Shown in pieces: positions 1 through 12,649 of a DNA stretch of 64,000 nt. The position numbers were made by a program, and so were the translations under genes. Under the pieces are notes generated by a model that saw only the letters and a program-made list of their open reading frames with translations, ran no database searches and was not told the origin of the DNA. This stretch comes from Vicugna vicugna. Its lineage: Eukaryota. The stretch is taken from positions 1,054,001-1,118,000 of the forward strand of contig MU058387.1 in NCBI GenBank assembly GCA_013265495.1, written 5' to 3'. Positions within the stretch are counted from its first letter, which is position 1. Each line of letters begins with the position of its first letter.

Positions 1-820
1 GTATGGGACCCTTTCCTAAGACCTGGCAAAGACTTGAGTTAATGCCTTGCAGAATCTAGACAAAAGGACTTGACAAAAGGGCTTCTAAGACTCTTACGGG
101 CACTTGACCACAAATCCCTGACACTTAGCTCAGGGAGCAAGTGAAATTTATTGCAGGGGTTTCTGTATGTGATTTTGATACAATGGGATGAAGCTCAGTA
201 AGATTTATTGGAAACCCACAAAGGTTTGTTTGTTTGCCTATTTGTGTGTGTGTGTGTGTGTGTGTGTGTTTCAAAAACTTCATCAGTGGAAGCACTATTC
301 GCTTAAACTAAAATGGAAAAAGGCTTTTGAGCCCTCAACTTCTATGAGGAAAATTAATCATTGCAAACCCATGGCATTTTTCATTAAAAAGAAAGAATGA
401 CTCAGAGATCAGCTATAAGAGCCCTGGAGAAACGTTTAGGGCTTGTACACTGGGCCCCGATTGCTAGCACACTTCTACCTTTATTTTAGATTGTTATGGA
501 CCATTGCCCACAGTGTGTGTTCCATTTCCTCCCTTCTGCATAGGAGAATCTGTAGTGGTTTTCCTGTCCCTGTCTTGCATCTTAGGGGAGACAAGGGGGT
601 TAATTTTCCCCTTTGCTTCCTAGTTAAGAGGTCTTTGGATTGAGAGGAATGACCCCTGAGTTTTTTGTTTATTTGTTTTTTTTTTCCTCACCAGAACCTG
701 AATTAGATGATGTGATCTTAGTCTTCAAGCCTGATTATGTAAAATGTTTAGGATCTTGAAACGCATTCAGTATCTTTGCTTATGAGAAGAATGTAAATAA
801 TCTGTGACCAGAGGGCAGGC
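1..820 (+). mobile_element. MaLR (MLT1) internal region, 3' part, fragmented
   Basis: 395-660 resembles MLT1-int (TTGTTATGGACCATTGCC...TGTAGTGGTTTTCCTGTCCCTGT...AGGTCTTTGGATTGAGAGGA). It ends in the typical internal/LTR junction GTATCTTTGC...CCAGAGGGCAGGC at ~770-820. Confidence 0.7.
243..268. repeat. (TG)13 microsatellite
   Basis: Perfect TG run read directly. Confidence 0.98.
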
Positions 821-975
821 TACCTCGGTTTATAAATTGTTATAAATTCTTTATTATTCCCCTGCATGAAGAGGTGGAACTTCCTTTCTCTTCTCTGAAA
901 TAGGGGTGGACTTTGTGGTGGTTTCACCCACAGATGGCAGTGGAAGCGGCAATGTGTCAGTTCCAGGCCTAAGTC
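821..975 (+). mobile_element. MLT1F/G/H-like LTR, 5' part, directly following the internal region
   Basis: AAATTCTTTATTATTCCCC...AAGAGGTGGAAC...GGGTGGACTTTGTG...GTGTCAGTTCCAGGCCTAAGTC matches the MLT1 LTR 5' pattern. Confidence 0.7.
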
Positions 976-1744
976 AATTGCACTTACGTGACCAGTCACA
1001 TTGCCACTGGATAGTGGAGAGGACACTCTGTATGGCAAAGTTGTTCTCTTTAAGGGCACAGCTTCAGTGAGAGGGGTGCGTATCTAGCTCTAGGGAAGGA
1101 GGAAGACTTGTGTCCTGCCAGGGAGTTTGATCACATAGTCAACACATGTTTATTATAAATCAGCCATGCTCCAAGCATTTTTCTGAACAACTATATAACT
1201 GATGTTTGCATCAGACTACCCTTAATTCCCACGTACAATCAATTTCCACAAACTCAAAGAAGGAGGAAAAAGTGAAATATTCCTCTTAAAAATTTGGATC
1301 TGACTTTTATTCTAGTAATTGAACATGAAATTTATTTTATGATTTTTGATTTATAATATCATGCTGTAAAACTAGCTTTGGATTACAAAAAGCCAGGTTA
1401 GGAGTTAAGAAAGGAATGAATTATAATAACCATAATACAGAAAAAAAGAAGTATTTCTTTCTTAAAACTTGAGGAAAATTCAATATGTGAAGCTTTTTAG
1501 TTGACGAATTGTAATTTGAGATTATTTTATTAATAAAAAATAGAAAATACTCAAAGTTTAAATTTAGTGGCTAGAGTAGAAATCAATTCATTTTTCATCA
1601 ATAGTGCATTGTGTTTTATGATTGCTTCACACAAAATGAAGTAGCAGAAAGTAACTGAGAAAAGAAAATGAAATTTTGGCAAAAACTAAACAGTGGTAAA
1701 TGTGAGATACACAATATAAAATTTTAGAATATTTGTCTATAATA

Positions 1745-1912
1745 ATATAAAAACAATACCTAATATTGTGCTAGAAATTTTACATGTATTATCTCAATTA
1801 ATGCTAAATTATTCTAGCAAGTCAGAACTAACAGGTAGGCACTGTTATTACTCCTACATTCACAAATAAGAAAATTGAAACATTAAACATTTTTGTAATT
1901 TTACGAAGTCAC
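1745..1912 (-). mobile_element. MIR SINE fragment
   Basis: TGTGCTAG...TTTACATGTATTATCTCA...GGTAGGCACTGTTATTACTCC...CACAAATAAGAAAATTGA is the antisense MIR pattern. Confidence 0.65.
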
Positions 1913-1924
1913 TGTTTCAGTTGC

Positions 1925-2255
1925 TCATTACTTCATAAACAGAAGAATGGAGCAGTGCTTTTGCCCAAAAGATGTGCGTAATCTTGAAGATCTATAAAGA
2001 ACCATCTTCTAACAACCTGAGCCATCACATAAAAGTTTGACTACCCTGATGGAGAAACCACAGGGAGAGATCATGTGGAAAAGGGAAACATTGGAAAGTA
2101 TGTGACAGGAAGAGACATCCAAACATCTCAGCATCTGAGGGTTCAATACAGCTATCTAGTTGAGTCCGCTAAAATCACAGAACATGAGATATAATAAGAT
2201 GTTTGTTAAAATGTTTCAAACCACTAAATTTTGGAGTATCATTCTGCTATAATGC
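1925..2255 (+). mobile_element. MLT1H-like LTR fragment
   Basis: CCTGAGCCATCACATAAAAGTTTGACTACCCTGA...CACAGAACATGAGATATAATAA...CCACTAAATTTTGGAGT, typical MLT1 mid and 3' motifs. Confidence 0.65.
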
Positions 2256-3203
2256 TGATTACTGTTCCATTATGTAAATCTACGATTTTTCCTAAAAGAC
2301 AATTTTCCCTATAAAAATTGAAAATAAGCATCAAATACCAACCCTGTGATTTTAAAGAGTCAATTTAAAAAAATATTCTGATTTTACCTGAGCTCTGAAA
2401 GATGGTAAAGCAAAAAAGCGTACTGAACTGGAAGTTGAGAGAACTTGGCTTTAATAATTTAACAATTCTGTTAAAGCCTATCTGATGACTTCAAATAAAA
2501 TTAACACTTTAGATTTAACTATTCACATAAAATGATAAATTTGGTCTCAATTGAATCTTTTTTAGAACCCACTTTTTTTTTTTTAATCTCTAGTTTTAAA
2601 TCACCTAGAACAGAGTTTCTCAAAGAGAGGGAGAGTCTTCATTTTGGAAAGATATCTTTTTCTCACTCAGCCTTGTTCTCTAGCCATTAAAGTCTCCTTT
2701 GCTCCTGCCTCATATTGAGTAATCAATGCCCCCCCAATATCACCCCTTACACACACACACACATTCCCAAACTTCCTCAGGGAGCATTATCACCTGAATT
2801 GAGAATCCTCTTCTCAATTTCTAGAAAATAATATTTTTGAGAATTTAATCTGAGTTGTATTGAATCTGTGTATCAGTCTGGGAAAATTAATGTCTAAATA
2901 ATATTAAATTTTCTATTTTAAAAACAGAACACACCTTTCCATATATTTTGGTTTTCTTTAATTTCTCTGTGTAATATTGCTTAATATTCAAAATGGAAGT
3001 TAAGCATGCTCTGATGAATATATTTCCAGGCAGTTTCTGTTTCTGATGTTGTGAATGTTTTATTTATTTTTTCTAATTGTTGCCAACTAGTATATGGAAA
3101 TAAAGATGAACTTTGAATGATGCTAATGTACTACTCTATTTTGCTAAATTCATCTATTATTTGCAGTTTTTCTTTTTTTGAAAGTTCCTAAGATTTTATC
3201 TTT

Positions 3204-3300
3204 TAACAATTTTTTTTTTACATTTTTATTGATTCATAATCATTTTACAGTGTTGTGTCAAATTCCAGTGTTCAGTACAATTTTTCAGTAACAATTTTTT
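3204..3300 (-). mobile_element. Very short 5'-truncated young L1 3' end with 12-bp target-site duplication (TSD)
   Basis: TAACAATTTTTT at 3204-3215 and 3289-3300 flanks a polyT plus ACATTTTTATTGATTCATAATCATTTTACAGTGTTGTGTCAAATTCCAGTGT. Confidence 0.8.
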
Positions 3301-4199
3301 GTTATCTAGTAAAAGCTGTTTGATTTTTGTCCTTTCCAATATGAATGCATTTTATTTCTTGCCTTATTGCAATATCTAGGAATGACATTCTATTGTTGAG
3401 AAAATATAGTGAAATAAATATCCTTGCTTTGTTCTCCAATATAGGGGGGCAAATTTAGTATTTCATTATTGATATAATGTGAAATTTTTATGGATGTATA
3501 TTCTTTATTTAAGAAATATTTTCTCTCTTCCTATGTTGCCAATAGTTTTTATGTAGAATGGCTAATGGATTTTGTCAAATGTGTTTCTTAAATCTATGAC
3601 TTTACTCTTGCTCTATTAATTTGATAAATTGCATTGATTGATTTTTAAATATCTGATGCAGTGGGTTAAACACTACTTGGTTATAATATATTATCTTTTA
3701 TGTTGCTGGATTTAATTTGTTAATATTTTAAAATATTTATGAGTCTACGCTTATGAGTTTATGTTCAGGAAATATTTGTCTATAATTTTTCTTACAATGT
3801 CTTCTCAGGATTTTGATATGAGTTGTTCTGGCCTCATTAAAAAAGTTAGCAAACCATTTCTCTCCTCTATTTTCTGAAAGAGCTTGTTTGATTTTTATGT
3901 ATTTCTTTTTAAAATGTTTAATAGGATTCACCAGTGAAATCATATGTGCCTGACATTTCTTGTCAAGAGAGTTTATGATAACAAATTCAAATTCTTAATA
4001 AATATTAGGTTTTAGATGTGCTTTTTACCTTTTGTCACTTTGTAAGCTTTGTTTTTAAAGAAATTTTTCTGCTTCATCTAAATTGTGAAAATTATTAGCA
4101 AACAATTACTTATATTTTTAGCTTACTCTTTATTTCATAGTTTAATTCATTCCTGATATTGATAATTTGTGTTTTCTCTATTTCTTGGCCATGAGTTTA

Positions 4200-4465
4200 T
4201 TTTATATTGTTATTATTATACTTTTATATTATGTGTATGTATATATACTTATATTATATGTATAATGTATATATAAAATATATAATATGTATACACTTAT
4301 ACATATTATAAATGTGTACTATAATAATATCCTTACATTATTTATGTTTATACATAATAAATTACATTATTGTTATATATTGTTTTCTATATTATACATA
4401 AATATATTTTGTATCTATAGCTATGTAAATATAAATATATCATATATTTTATATTTTATATCATA
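4200..4465. repeat. AT-rich (TA)n-like low-complexity tract
   Basis: Degenerate TATA/TACA/TATG run. Confidence 0.9.
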
Positions 4466-4696
4466 TGTTGTTATTGTATTTAACTTGTTTATTAATATTA
4501 TTAGCCTTTTCAAAGCACTGTGGCTTTGTTAATTTTATTTTTCTACTTCATTGGTATACTCTTTTCTTTATGTCCTTCCTTCTACATATTTTGGATTTAA
4601 TTTTCTTTCTTAAGGAAGAAAACTTGATTGTTGATTTTTTAGAAATCTTCTTTCTAAAGTCTTTTAAAATTATTTTTCTTAACCATTGCCTTATAT

Positions 4697-4913
4697 CAAG
4701 GGTCAATAATTTTTTTTCTGTAAAGATTCATATAGTAAGTATTTTAGGTTTTATAAGCCATATAGTCTCTGTCATCACCACTCAACTCAGCTGTGGTAGT
4801 ACAATAGCCATAGACAATATATAAATGAGCAATGTGGCTGGTTTCCAATAAAACTTTATTTACAAAAACAGGCATATAACTGAATATGACTTTTGAGCTA
4901 TACTCTACCCATG
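4697..4913 (+). mobile_element. MER58A-like hAT-Charlie non-autonomous DNA transposon, near full length
   Basis: CAAGGGTC...TTTTCTGTAAAG...ATAGTAAGTATTTTAGG...CACTCAACTC...GCCATAGACAATA...TTCCAATAAAACTTTATTTACAAAAACAGGC...ACCCATG; degenerate 8-bp flanks CCTTATAT/CTTTATGT. Confidence 0.9.
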
Positions 4914-7900
4914 TCTTTATGTGATTCTCACAAATTGTGTTTTATATTTGAATTATAATTCATTATCATATATAATTTCTTATGGATTTTTTTTCTTTGA
5001 GCATGGACAATTTTGTAAGTGGTTGTTTAATTTCCAAATACTTTTTACTTTTCTGTATCTCTTGTATGTTGATTCCTAATTTAATTTTTCTGTAATAAGA
5101 GAGTGCAGTGAAAAAATTTTAATCTTTTGAAGTGTATGTGAATTTTTTTTTTTATTCAGGAGCATATATGAACTGTCTTGGTCAATATTCCATGTACAAT
5201 TTGAAAAGGATATGTATTGCTGAATTAAATATTTTATAAATATCAAATATTTCAAGTTTAGCAATGTTATTCAAATTAAAAAATTCAAATTAAAATACAT
5301 GATTTTTGTTTCTGTCTATGTGTTTTTGCTTGGATGATCTCAATTACTGAGGGAGCATTAAAATCTCCAACTATGATTGTGAATTTGTCCCTATGTTCCA
5401 TTTATACTGTCAGTTTTGTTATAGGAATTTTGATGTATATACATTTTGAGTCATTAGGTTTTCCTAAATCTGCTTTCTAGTGATTGGGAAGAAAAATCAT
5501 TTCACAGGTTTGGACTTTCCTATGAAAATATGGCCAAATAACATTTTGAGTGACAACCTTCCCATTGTTCAGGAACTATAAAATGTAGCTACAACAATTG
5601 GAAAGGCCATGGACTAATGATGTACATATAATTTTATCATCTTCATCTCACCCTGTGTATTCACTATTTTGGCTGCATTCTTGTGTTCAATATAATCTAG
5701 CAGCTAAACCATCAGTGCAATGAAGTAATGACAAAAAAGAAACGGCTCTTTGCAAGTGACTGATAATCTGTTGAGGCCCCCAAGCCAGGAACCTGTCTAT
5801 GCTAATGTGTATGAGAGTCTAGCTAAATATGGTATTTATATTTAAAGTAATGTATCTACTCTTAAGTGACAACATATGAGAACACTTTTGCTTTTGCAAA
5901 TCTATAAAAGAAAAAGTGAATCCACATAATCTGGAGGAGAAACAATAAATCCAATTTAGATCAAAACTGAACTGGGATTAAAGACAAGCAAGTGAAGGAG
6001 TAGAAAAGCAGCCCATGAACCCTGGAAGGAATTTGATAGTGAAATCCAACTGGGGAAGTAAACTTTGTACACTACGTGACTGGGCTCAAGCACAGGACCA
6101 TTGTTACAGTCTGCTGGGTAAACGGCTCCATGTGTGAAGGACCAAAGACAGCGACCTAGTTGGGGCTCCTCACACGCAGGATCTAGATTCACTCAACCAA
6201 ACCCGTGAAAAGAGTGATTTATTGCACAGTGTCAGTTCAGTGCCGTTGAGAATCTGAGGCTAAACACCAGGGCATAACTAGGTCTCATGACAAATGGGAT
6301 CCAGAACAGTTTTGACATCAAGACCAAGACGGGTGGTGGGGTCCTTGAGAGACATTCTAAGCCCGAGAATCTATTGTCTAATCCAGCTCTTCCTGGTCTG
6401 TGGACTGTAGGTTCATCAGAAGTGGGAAAAGAGTAAATGCAAAGGGTCTTTGAATCCATATGCATACAATGTACTGTAGTTCGAAAAATAATAACATATT
6501 GAATGAGTGCATGTTTTGCCGCGTGGAGAAATAAACATCCCTGGGGAGCCTAGAATTTAGCATCTTTCCAAGTCGTTGTTTTAAAGAATTAATCACTATC
6601 TATTTAGAAGTGGGGACGGGGACACTTGAAACATAAAATTTCCACTTGAGGCCATTATCTACTGCGAGCAGAGACATAGGAACAATTTACAATTCAATGA
6701 GAATTTAACAAGTCAAATTTCACCTGAGTTAACTGGCAAACTGTTTTTATTTAGTGCCCTTTATAGATTAGCATTCTGATCAACTGTCTGGCATGTCTCT
6801 TTAATCCAGCTTCGTCGGTATTCATCACCTTTTTTTTTTGTTTGCCTGCTCGCTTATACTGCTGTGACTTTTTCTTTAATGTTTTAAAGTGTCAGTAATT
6901 TAGCATAGCTCTTAGTCATTTCACAAACATTGACAGTACATTAACCATATTGTGGATCTCTAAAAAATTCTTGGGTATCTAAAAAGAGTCCTCAGACATG
7001 TAAAATGTGAAAACTACTGTATTGAACTGTAAAGCTACCAGCTGCAAAAACAAAAGCTGTTTTTATTTTACTGTGGGATGTATTTTTTTATTTATAAGCT
7101 CAATCTCATTTATAAATGCAACCAGAGTGTCTTTTTTTCATTCAGAGATTGCTCTTTCATTTTATTCATTTACCCAAATATCCACTTTCCCTATTACAGA
7201 AATTGTTTCTCATTTGAGATCCCTTTATACCCCGACCCATCTTCCACTGAATAAATCAAGGCAATGTCATTGTAGAAATGTCAGAATTTACATCATCATC
7301 TGTCTATTTTTCTGTCTCAAATAGTTTTGAATCTGTGGTATTGTGAGAGTCTTTCAGCTTAAACAATTCTGAAATTTTTCATAGAGTTTTCCAGATGTTG
7401 TTTTTCTGAATGGAAACTTTGTTAAAGCATAATCTGTCCGGACCTCAAAAAAAATATTTGGTTGGTTGTTTTTCCTCCTTGTCTCTTTGCTCAAAATTAA
7501 AAAATGAGTTCTATACCATCTCGGGCTGGAAATATTTTTCACCCTTCTTTTCCTTCCTCAGTGGACCACACTATGCTGTTAGTGTAATAAAACATTTCAA
7601 TGAAAAGTACAAGGCAATAACTGATGAGCTCAATGCCATAAATATTTATCAATACAATACTACAAGTTTGACTATGAAATAAGCATCAGGTCTTGTAAAC
7701 TTAGTAGTTTCCTGTAAAAGGGGAAAAAATATCCTTTCCAAGATTTGCAGCCCAGACTATTGTACTTAACAAATAAATGGTTCATAGTGTGCCAAAGCTG
7801 AATTACCAAATGGTTGACCACATCCTATACTGCCCAAGGAGAAGGCCACTGCTGTTTGTACAAGTGTGTTTCATTCAATGTTTGACTTTGGTAGATAAAT

Positions 7901-8629
7901 AGTATGAAGTTGGCATTTCTAAATTAACCTAGTTTTCAACTAACTACAGATGGGGGAGTATCAGTGCAGGGAAAAGAAGCTGAAACAGATAGGGAAAGAG
8001 GAACACCGGGACGTCTTGAGCTGATATATCCTGCTCACGTGCAAGAATTGCTGATTTAAATTTGGGGGGATTACCCGATTTAGTGAATTTTTATACTAAC
8101 ATTGATATATGAAAAACAAAAACCACTTTATTGCTTCTTGTTTTTTGTTTTTTTCCCCTGAGGAAATAATAACAAAAGTAAAATTTTAAACAGAAAGGTG
8201 GTGGTTTTAAGGTACTAAATGGCAGATGTAATTATTCTTTATGACCACACTCAGAACCAGTGACATTACTTGAGTAAAAGCTGCTTTTTGGACAACTGTC
8301 TTACATTTGGTCAACCTATCTTACATGGGGTAATTGTTCCCATTTTTTATTTGAATTGAGAACACTGCATTCTATGATGCTTATATGGATCAGTTCAATC
8401 GCAAAACACTAAGTTCAGAATACCTGTTTAAATTTCAAAATATTTTAGATACACACACACAAACAACAGCTCTATTGGCCTGTTGACCTCCTAAAGCGAT
8501 AAATTACCTATAGATTGCAGATGATGCATATTGATATAATTACTGTAAACAAACACCATTACATGTTTGACCCTAGAAATAGTTAAGTATTTAAAAAAGA
8601 AGAAACATCTTTGTTATAACAATGATAAT

Positions 8630-8870
8630 TATGAAAATAAGAATAGCATTTATAGCATAAATTATAGTTCACAAACACTTCTCATCTTTCAACTTCATTG
8701 ATACATAGCCCTATACAGTAAAGATCAAGCACGGTGGCATTTTAACTTTACAGATGAGAAACCTATGACTCACAGAGCTTAAGTTACCTGCTCAAGGTCA
8801 CCACAATTACCAGGGGCCAGGGCTCAAACTTCCAATCAGAGATGTCTGTCTTCTGGTACTATGATACTTC
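8630..8870 (-). mobile_element. MIR SINE
   Basis: TTTACAGATGAGAAAC...GACTCACAGAGCTTAAGTTACCTGCTCAAGGTCAC MIR core in antisense. Confidence 0.85.
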
Positions 8871-9236
8871 CAGTCAGATAATTACTTAATATGTTTGTAA
8901 GTAATTTGTAGCAGAGGCTTTTTGGAAATAAAGAAATTTTTAAAAATCATCTTGCCCATATATGGTGATGATATCAACAGCTTTGTCTGCTTTTCCAGGA
9001 ACTCCCCCAGAAGACTTTAAGGTCATAAAATCAAAGAAAAGAGTACTCTGGTCTGGAAGGTGGCTGGAAAAGCAACATTGACTGCTATCACGACTTTCCT
9101 GAACTGCAAAATGGGCACATTACAAACAACATTTTGCTCAACACTGTTCTTTTGCATTCTGCATCTAAGGCATAAATGACACCCTCACCTGCACAGTCAC
9201 GCAATATAAAATCTGGGCGTCCTTCTCCATTTCTAC

Positions 9237-9721
9237 TGTGAACGAAAAATACTGCAGGCCCTATCAGTAAACAAAGAATGCTAAAGCCATCAAGTCGTTA
9301 GCCACTGCCGCCACCCCCAGTGAAGACAAGCCTGCAGCCCGGCCTCTGCAGCCACTCACAATGGTGCACCCTGAGGGGACTCAGTATAAGAAAGGACAGG
9401 ATGCTGGCCCTAGATAGCTGGAAGCTTGTCAAAGGAAAGAATTCGATGAGCCCAATGTTTGCTTCCTCCCATAGATAGAAAAGCGCGAAGTTCTTTGACT
9501 TGAGATGCCTGGTTTTCCTTAGTTAACAAGTAATCTTTTATTGTTCCCACTACCTGGTCTTTGTAGTAAAACTCCTATATATCCTAGCTCCTCCCCTATC
9601 TCTTCGGAGCAGTCCCTCAGAGCCATCTGAGGGGCTGTCATTGTGACTCCAGTCCTCAGAACTGTCCACCGAATAAAACATAACTCTCAACTTTTAGGTT
9701 GTGCATTTATTTCAGTCAACA
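9237..9721 (+). mobile_element. Intact ERV1-class solo LTR (485 bp)
   Basis: TG...CA termini (TGTGAAC...GTCAACA), perfect 4-bp TSD CTAC (9233-9236 and 9722-9725), TATA-like CTATATAT ~9576, AATAAA 9672-9677. Confidence 0.88.
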
Positions 9722-10539
9722 CTACTATGTCTTCTTACCTCTCACTGCTTCAATTTCTTAACCCATTTGTCTGCTAAATATGGTTTCCATCCAATCTCAA
9801 CTTTGTCAAAGCATCAACCGAAATGCAGGAGACTGGTATCAAAAGTCTTCCAGAATAGGAAGGGTGAGAGATGGAGGGACGAGGGGGTGGGGACCACTAT
9901 GGTGTTCTCCCATCATATTTGGAACCCATCATCCCCAAATCCAACAAACTCCTCAAGTTTCAGAGCCTTCCACGGTCCTTATTCAGTTTTGGCCTGGCTA
10001 GCGGGCCCTACAGAGAATTTCAACATCAGCTGGGGAGCAAGTTGCTACAAGCGGGTCTTCCTAGCATCTTTTATATCCTAGGCTGATACGGCAACTTGTT
10101 GGTCTGTGGGCAAGGCTGTTGTTGTGATGTCTGTGATGTGCTGTAAAATATGTCATTCAGGATACTGGGGGAGTACACACGTGATCATAAGTTTAAAAAA
10201 AAAAAAAAAGAAAACTCAGAGCCAATATCCTAACCCAGAATCTGTGTCAAAGGCAGAGCAGAACTGATATGAAAAAGACTATATTCCAGCCACAGGGCTA
10301 TAAATTCACCCTTCATCCACATGCATGATGAATATCAGAAAACAAGATGTCCATTCAACAATGCAATTGTTTGTTAACCAGCCTGCTAAATGATAGACGT
10401 GGGATCTCATGGCAGAAATTGAAGTTATTCAAGATATGGGGACTGACTAAATATATTTTAAAGACCTTCCTTGCACTTGCATGAAAACGTCATTGTAAGA
10501 ATTGAGTGAGGTCTTGCTCCTTTATCCATATGGATGGTA

Positions 10540-10975
10540 CTCAAGACTCAACTCCCAGACGGCTCTGCTGCTGGCTGTTACTTCGGCGGGCCTCTGACTT
10601 TCTGATGCCAGCCTGCAGAGTAGTTTTGAATCTGCAAGCCTGGTGTTTATCTTGAGTGAACACTCCATGCAAGGTGGAAAGGGACTTGAGTATGCGTGAG
10701 TATGCATGAGAGCTGTTCTTCCCTCCTTACTTTCTAATGCATGTGTAGTAAATACATATCTATATTCATGGTAGAATTTGGCCTGAGACATGCTTTCCTT
10801 ATAGCCTGGACGCAAGGCTGTGCAGTGAGCAGTTAACTTTACTTGCCGCAAAGCTTCTCGGGCAGTTATTATTAACTCCCAGGAAAGCCCCCGAAGTTCA
10901 GCAGGAACAGTTTTGCAGGTCACCTTGACTCCATGTGTGCTGATGGAACAACTGGGTGTTTATAATGACGGTTCA
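10540..10975. promoter_or_regulatory. Candidate enhancer (unique sequence, CpG-retaining, NF-kB and ERE-like motifs)
   Basis: 9 CpG in ~410 bp; GGAAAGCCCC 10882-10891; AGGTCAcctTGACT 10917-10930. Confidence 0.3.
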
Positions 10976-12518
10976 TATTAATATTTCTTTCCAGGTATTC
11001 TAATCAGACAGAATTATCACAATCACTTTTCATTTCTTGAGAAAAAGAAAACAGCAGAAAATATACTCATTAACTAAAATTAGTGTTAACTTGATCTAGT
11101 AATATCATTTTCTATTAATTTCCTATTGAAATGAAATTTTGTTAATAATAAAATTTTCCTTGCTTTATACTTTTACTGGCAATGCCTCATTTGCCTTTTT
11201 CTTGTGAGGTTATTTTGGAGATTCAGCTTCTCTCCCTATATTGGAAAATGTTTCTCTGGTAATGTTACTTCTTTTTACAGGATTCCCCTCTCCCCTTTTA
11301 GGAAAATGGCAGCACAAACAGGATTTTTACAAATAAGGGTTCAAAATGATTTTTTTTTCCTTGTCATTCTATTTTGTGCAGATCTTTTAAAGTGTGTAAT
11401 TTTTTTCTTAAAAATGACTTTATATTAGCAGGTAGGCTTTATAAAAATATATAAACAATGATACATATTGTATAAGTATATATATTCGTATACACATACA
11501 GACAAACATGTATACATAAGCATATTCTTTGTATATGCATATGTGTGCATGTATCTGTGTCTATATCAATATGTTTTTAGATTTTCTTTAAGTCATCCAT
11601 GAGTAACTAGATATCACATTTGATAAGAATCATCTGAAAATACAAGCTGATAAATAAGAGACATGCCCTGGATATGTCATAGTCAGCAGAGAACAATGTG
11701 ACATGGATTCCTAGGGAGCTGGAGGGAGGGTCTGGCTCTCCAGTGAGGACTACCGGAGAACCCAAGGCTCCTGGATTGAGATGTAGAAGCCAAGAGTGGA
11801 GCCAAGGGAGCAGCCTGAAAATTGGTAAGTAGGACTGATGCATCCTGATTGTTCTAGAACCTAGGACATCGGCTTGAGAGTTGAAAGCATTTCTCTAAAT
11901 ATATGAAGTTACTCCAGCTCAACAAAGTTGATTTTATGAAATTGTGATGTTGAAATATGCAGAATACGTATCCTGCCTGGGTTTGCTCGTATGGGCAGCC
12001 ACTGCCAACCTTCTGAAGTTTTAGCAGAACCCATTGCCTCATGTAGCCATAAAGCCAATCACTCCACCAAGCGTGTAGTGAGAAATGAGTATTTTACTGA
12101 CGACCTCTTTGAAAAGAAGAAGATGTATATTAAATGTTCACAGGAAAAATCAATACAAGTCCCCATTTGTCACTACTGGTGTTTTCCAAACATTTGCTTT
12201 GTCCTTCAGACACCAAGTCTTCTCTATAGACGCTTTCCGAACAGTCTATTTGCCCTCTTAATATTTTGGGTCCCAGAACCAGGAATCTTCATTCTCGATC
12301 TTTCTATAGTTTTTATTCCTTATTATTTATTTTACAAATAATTTACATCTGTGACAGCCCTTACTCACTGTAACCCCGAAGTCCATTAATTCTTCATTCA
12401 AAGTCAATGGCAAATTGCTATGTCCTTTTTTTCCTTATGTCACAAACACAACATTTCTTATATATTATATATAATAACATTCCCTGTCTATATATGTATA
12501 AATATATAAAAGATGAAT

Positions 12519-12649
12519 ACTATTATTATTCTTGAACTCAGAGAGGTTAAGGACCTTGCATAACATCAAATAGCTAGAAAATAATAAACTAGCTATTTGA
12601 TGCCATGCAAGGTCCTTAACCTCTCCTGAGTCTCAGGAAAAATAATAGT
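12519..12649. repeat. Long inverted repeat (59/61-nt arms, 11-nt loop) derived from MIR
   Basis: 12519-12577 is the reverse complement of 12589-12649 with 4 mismatches and 2 one-base bulges. Confidence 0.95.

Larger units (their letters stand above)
2830..5455 (-). mobile_element. Old L1 (L1M-type) ORF2-region remnant, interrupted by younger insertions
   Basis: T-rich antisense L1 ORF2 motifs, e.g. TCCTTGCTTTGTTCTC, GTTGCTGGATTTAATTTGTTAATATT, GATTCACCAGTGAAATCAT, TTAAAATCTCCAACTATGATTGTG. Confidence 0.85.

Noticed and set aside
9860..9893. G-quadruplex-like G-run cluster
   Set aside because: The first loop is 11 nt, such motifs are common, and no context supports function.
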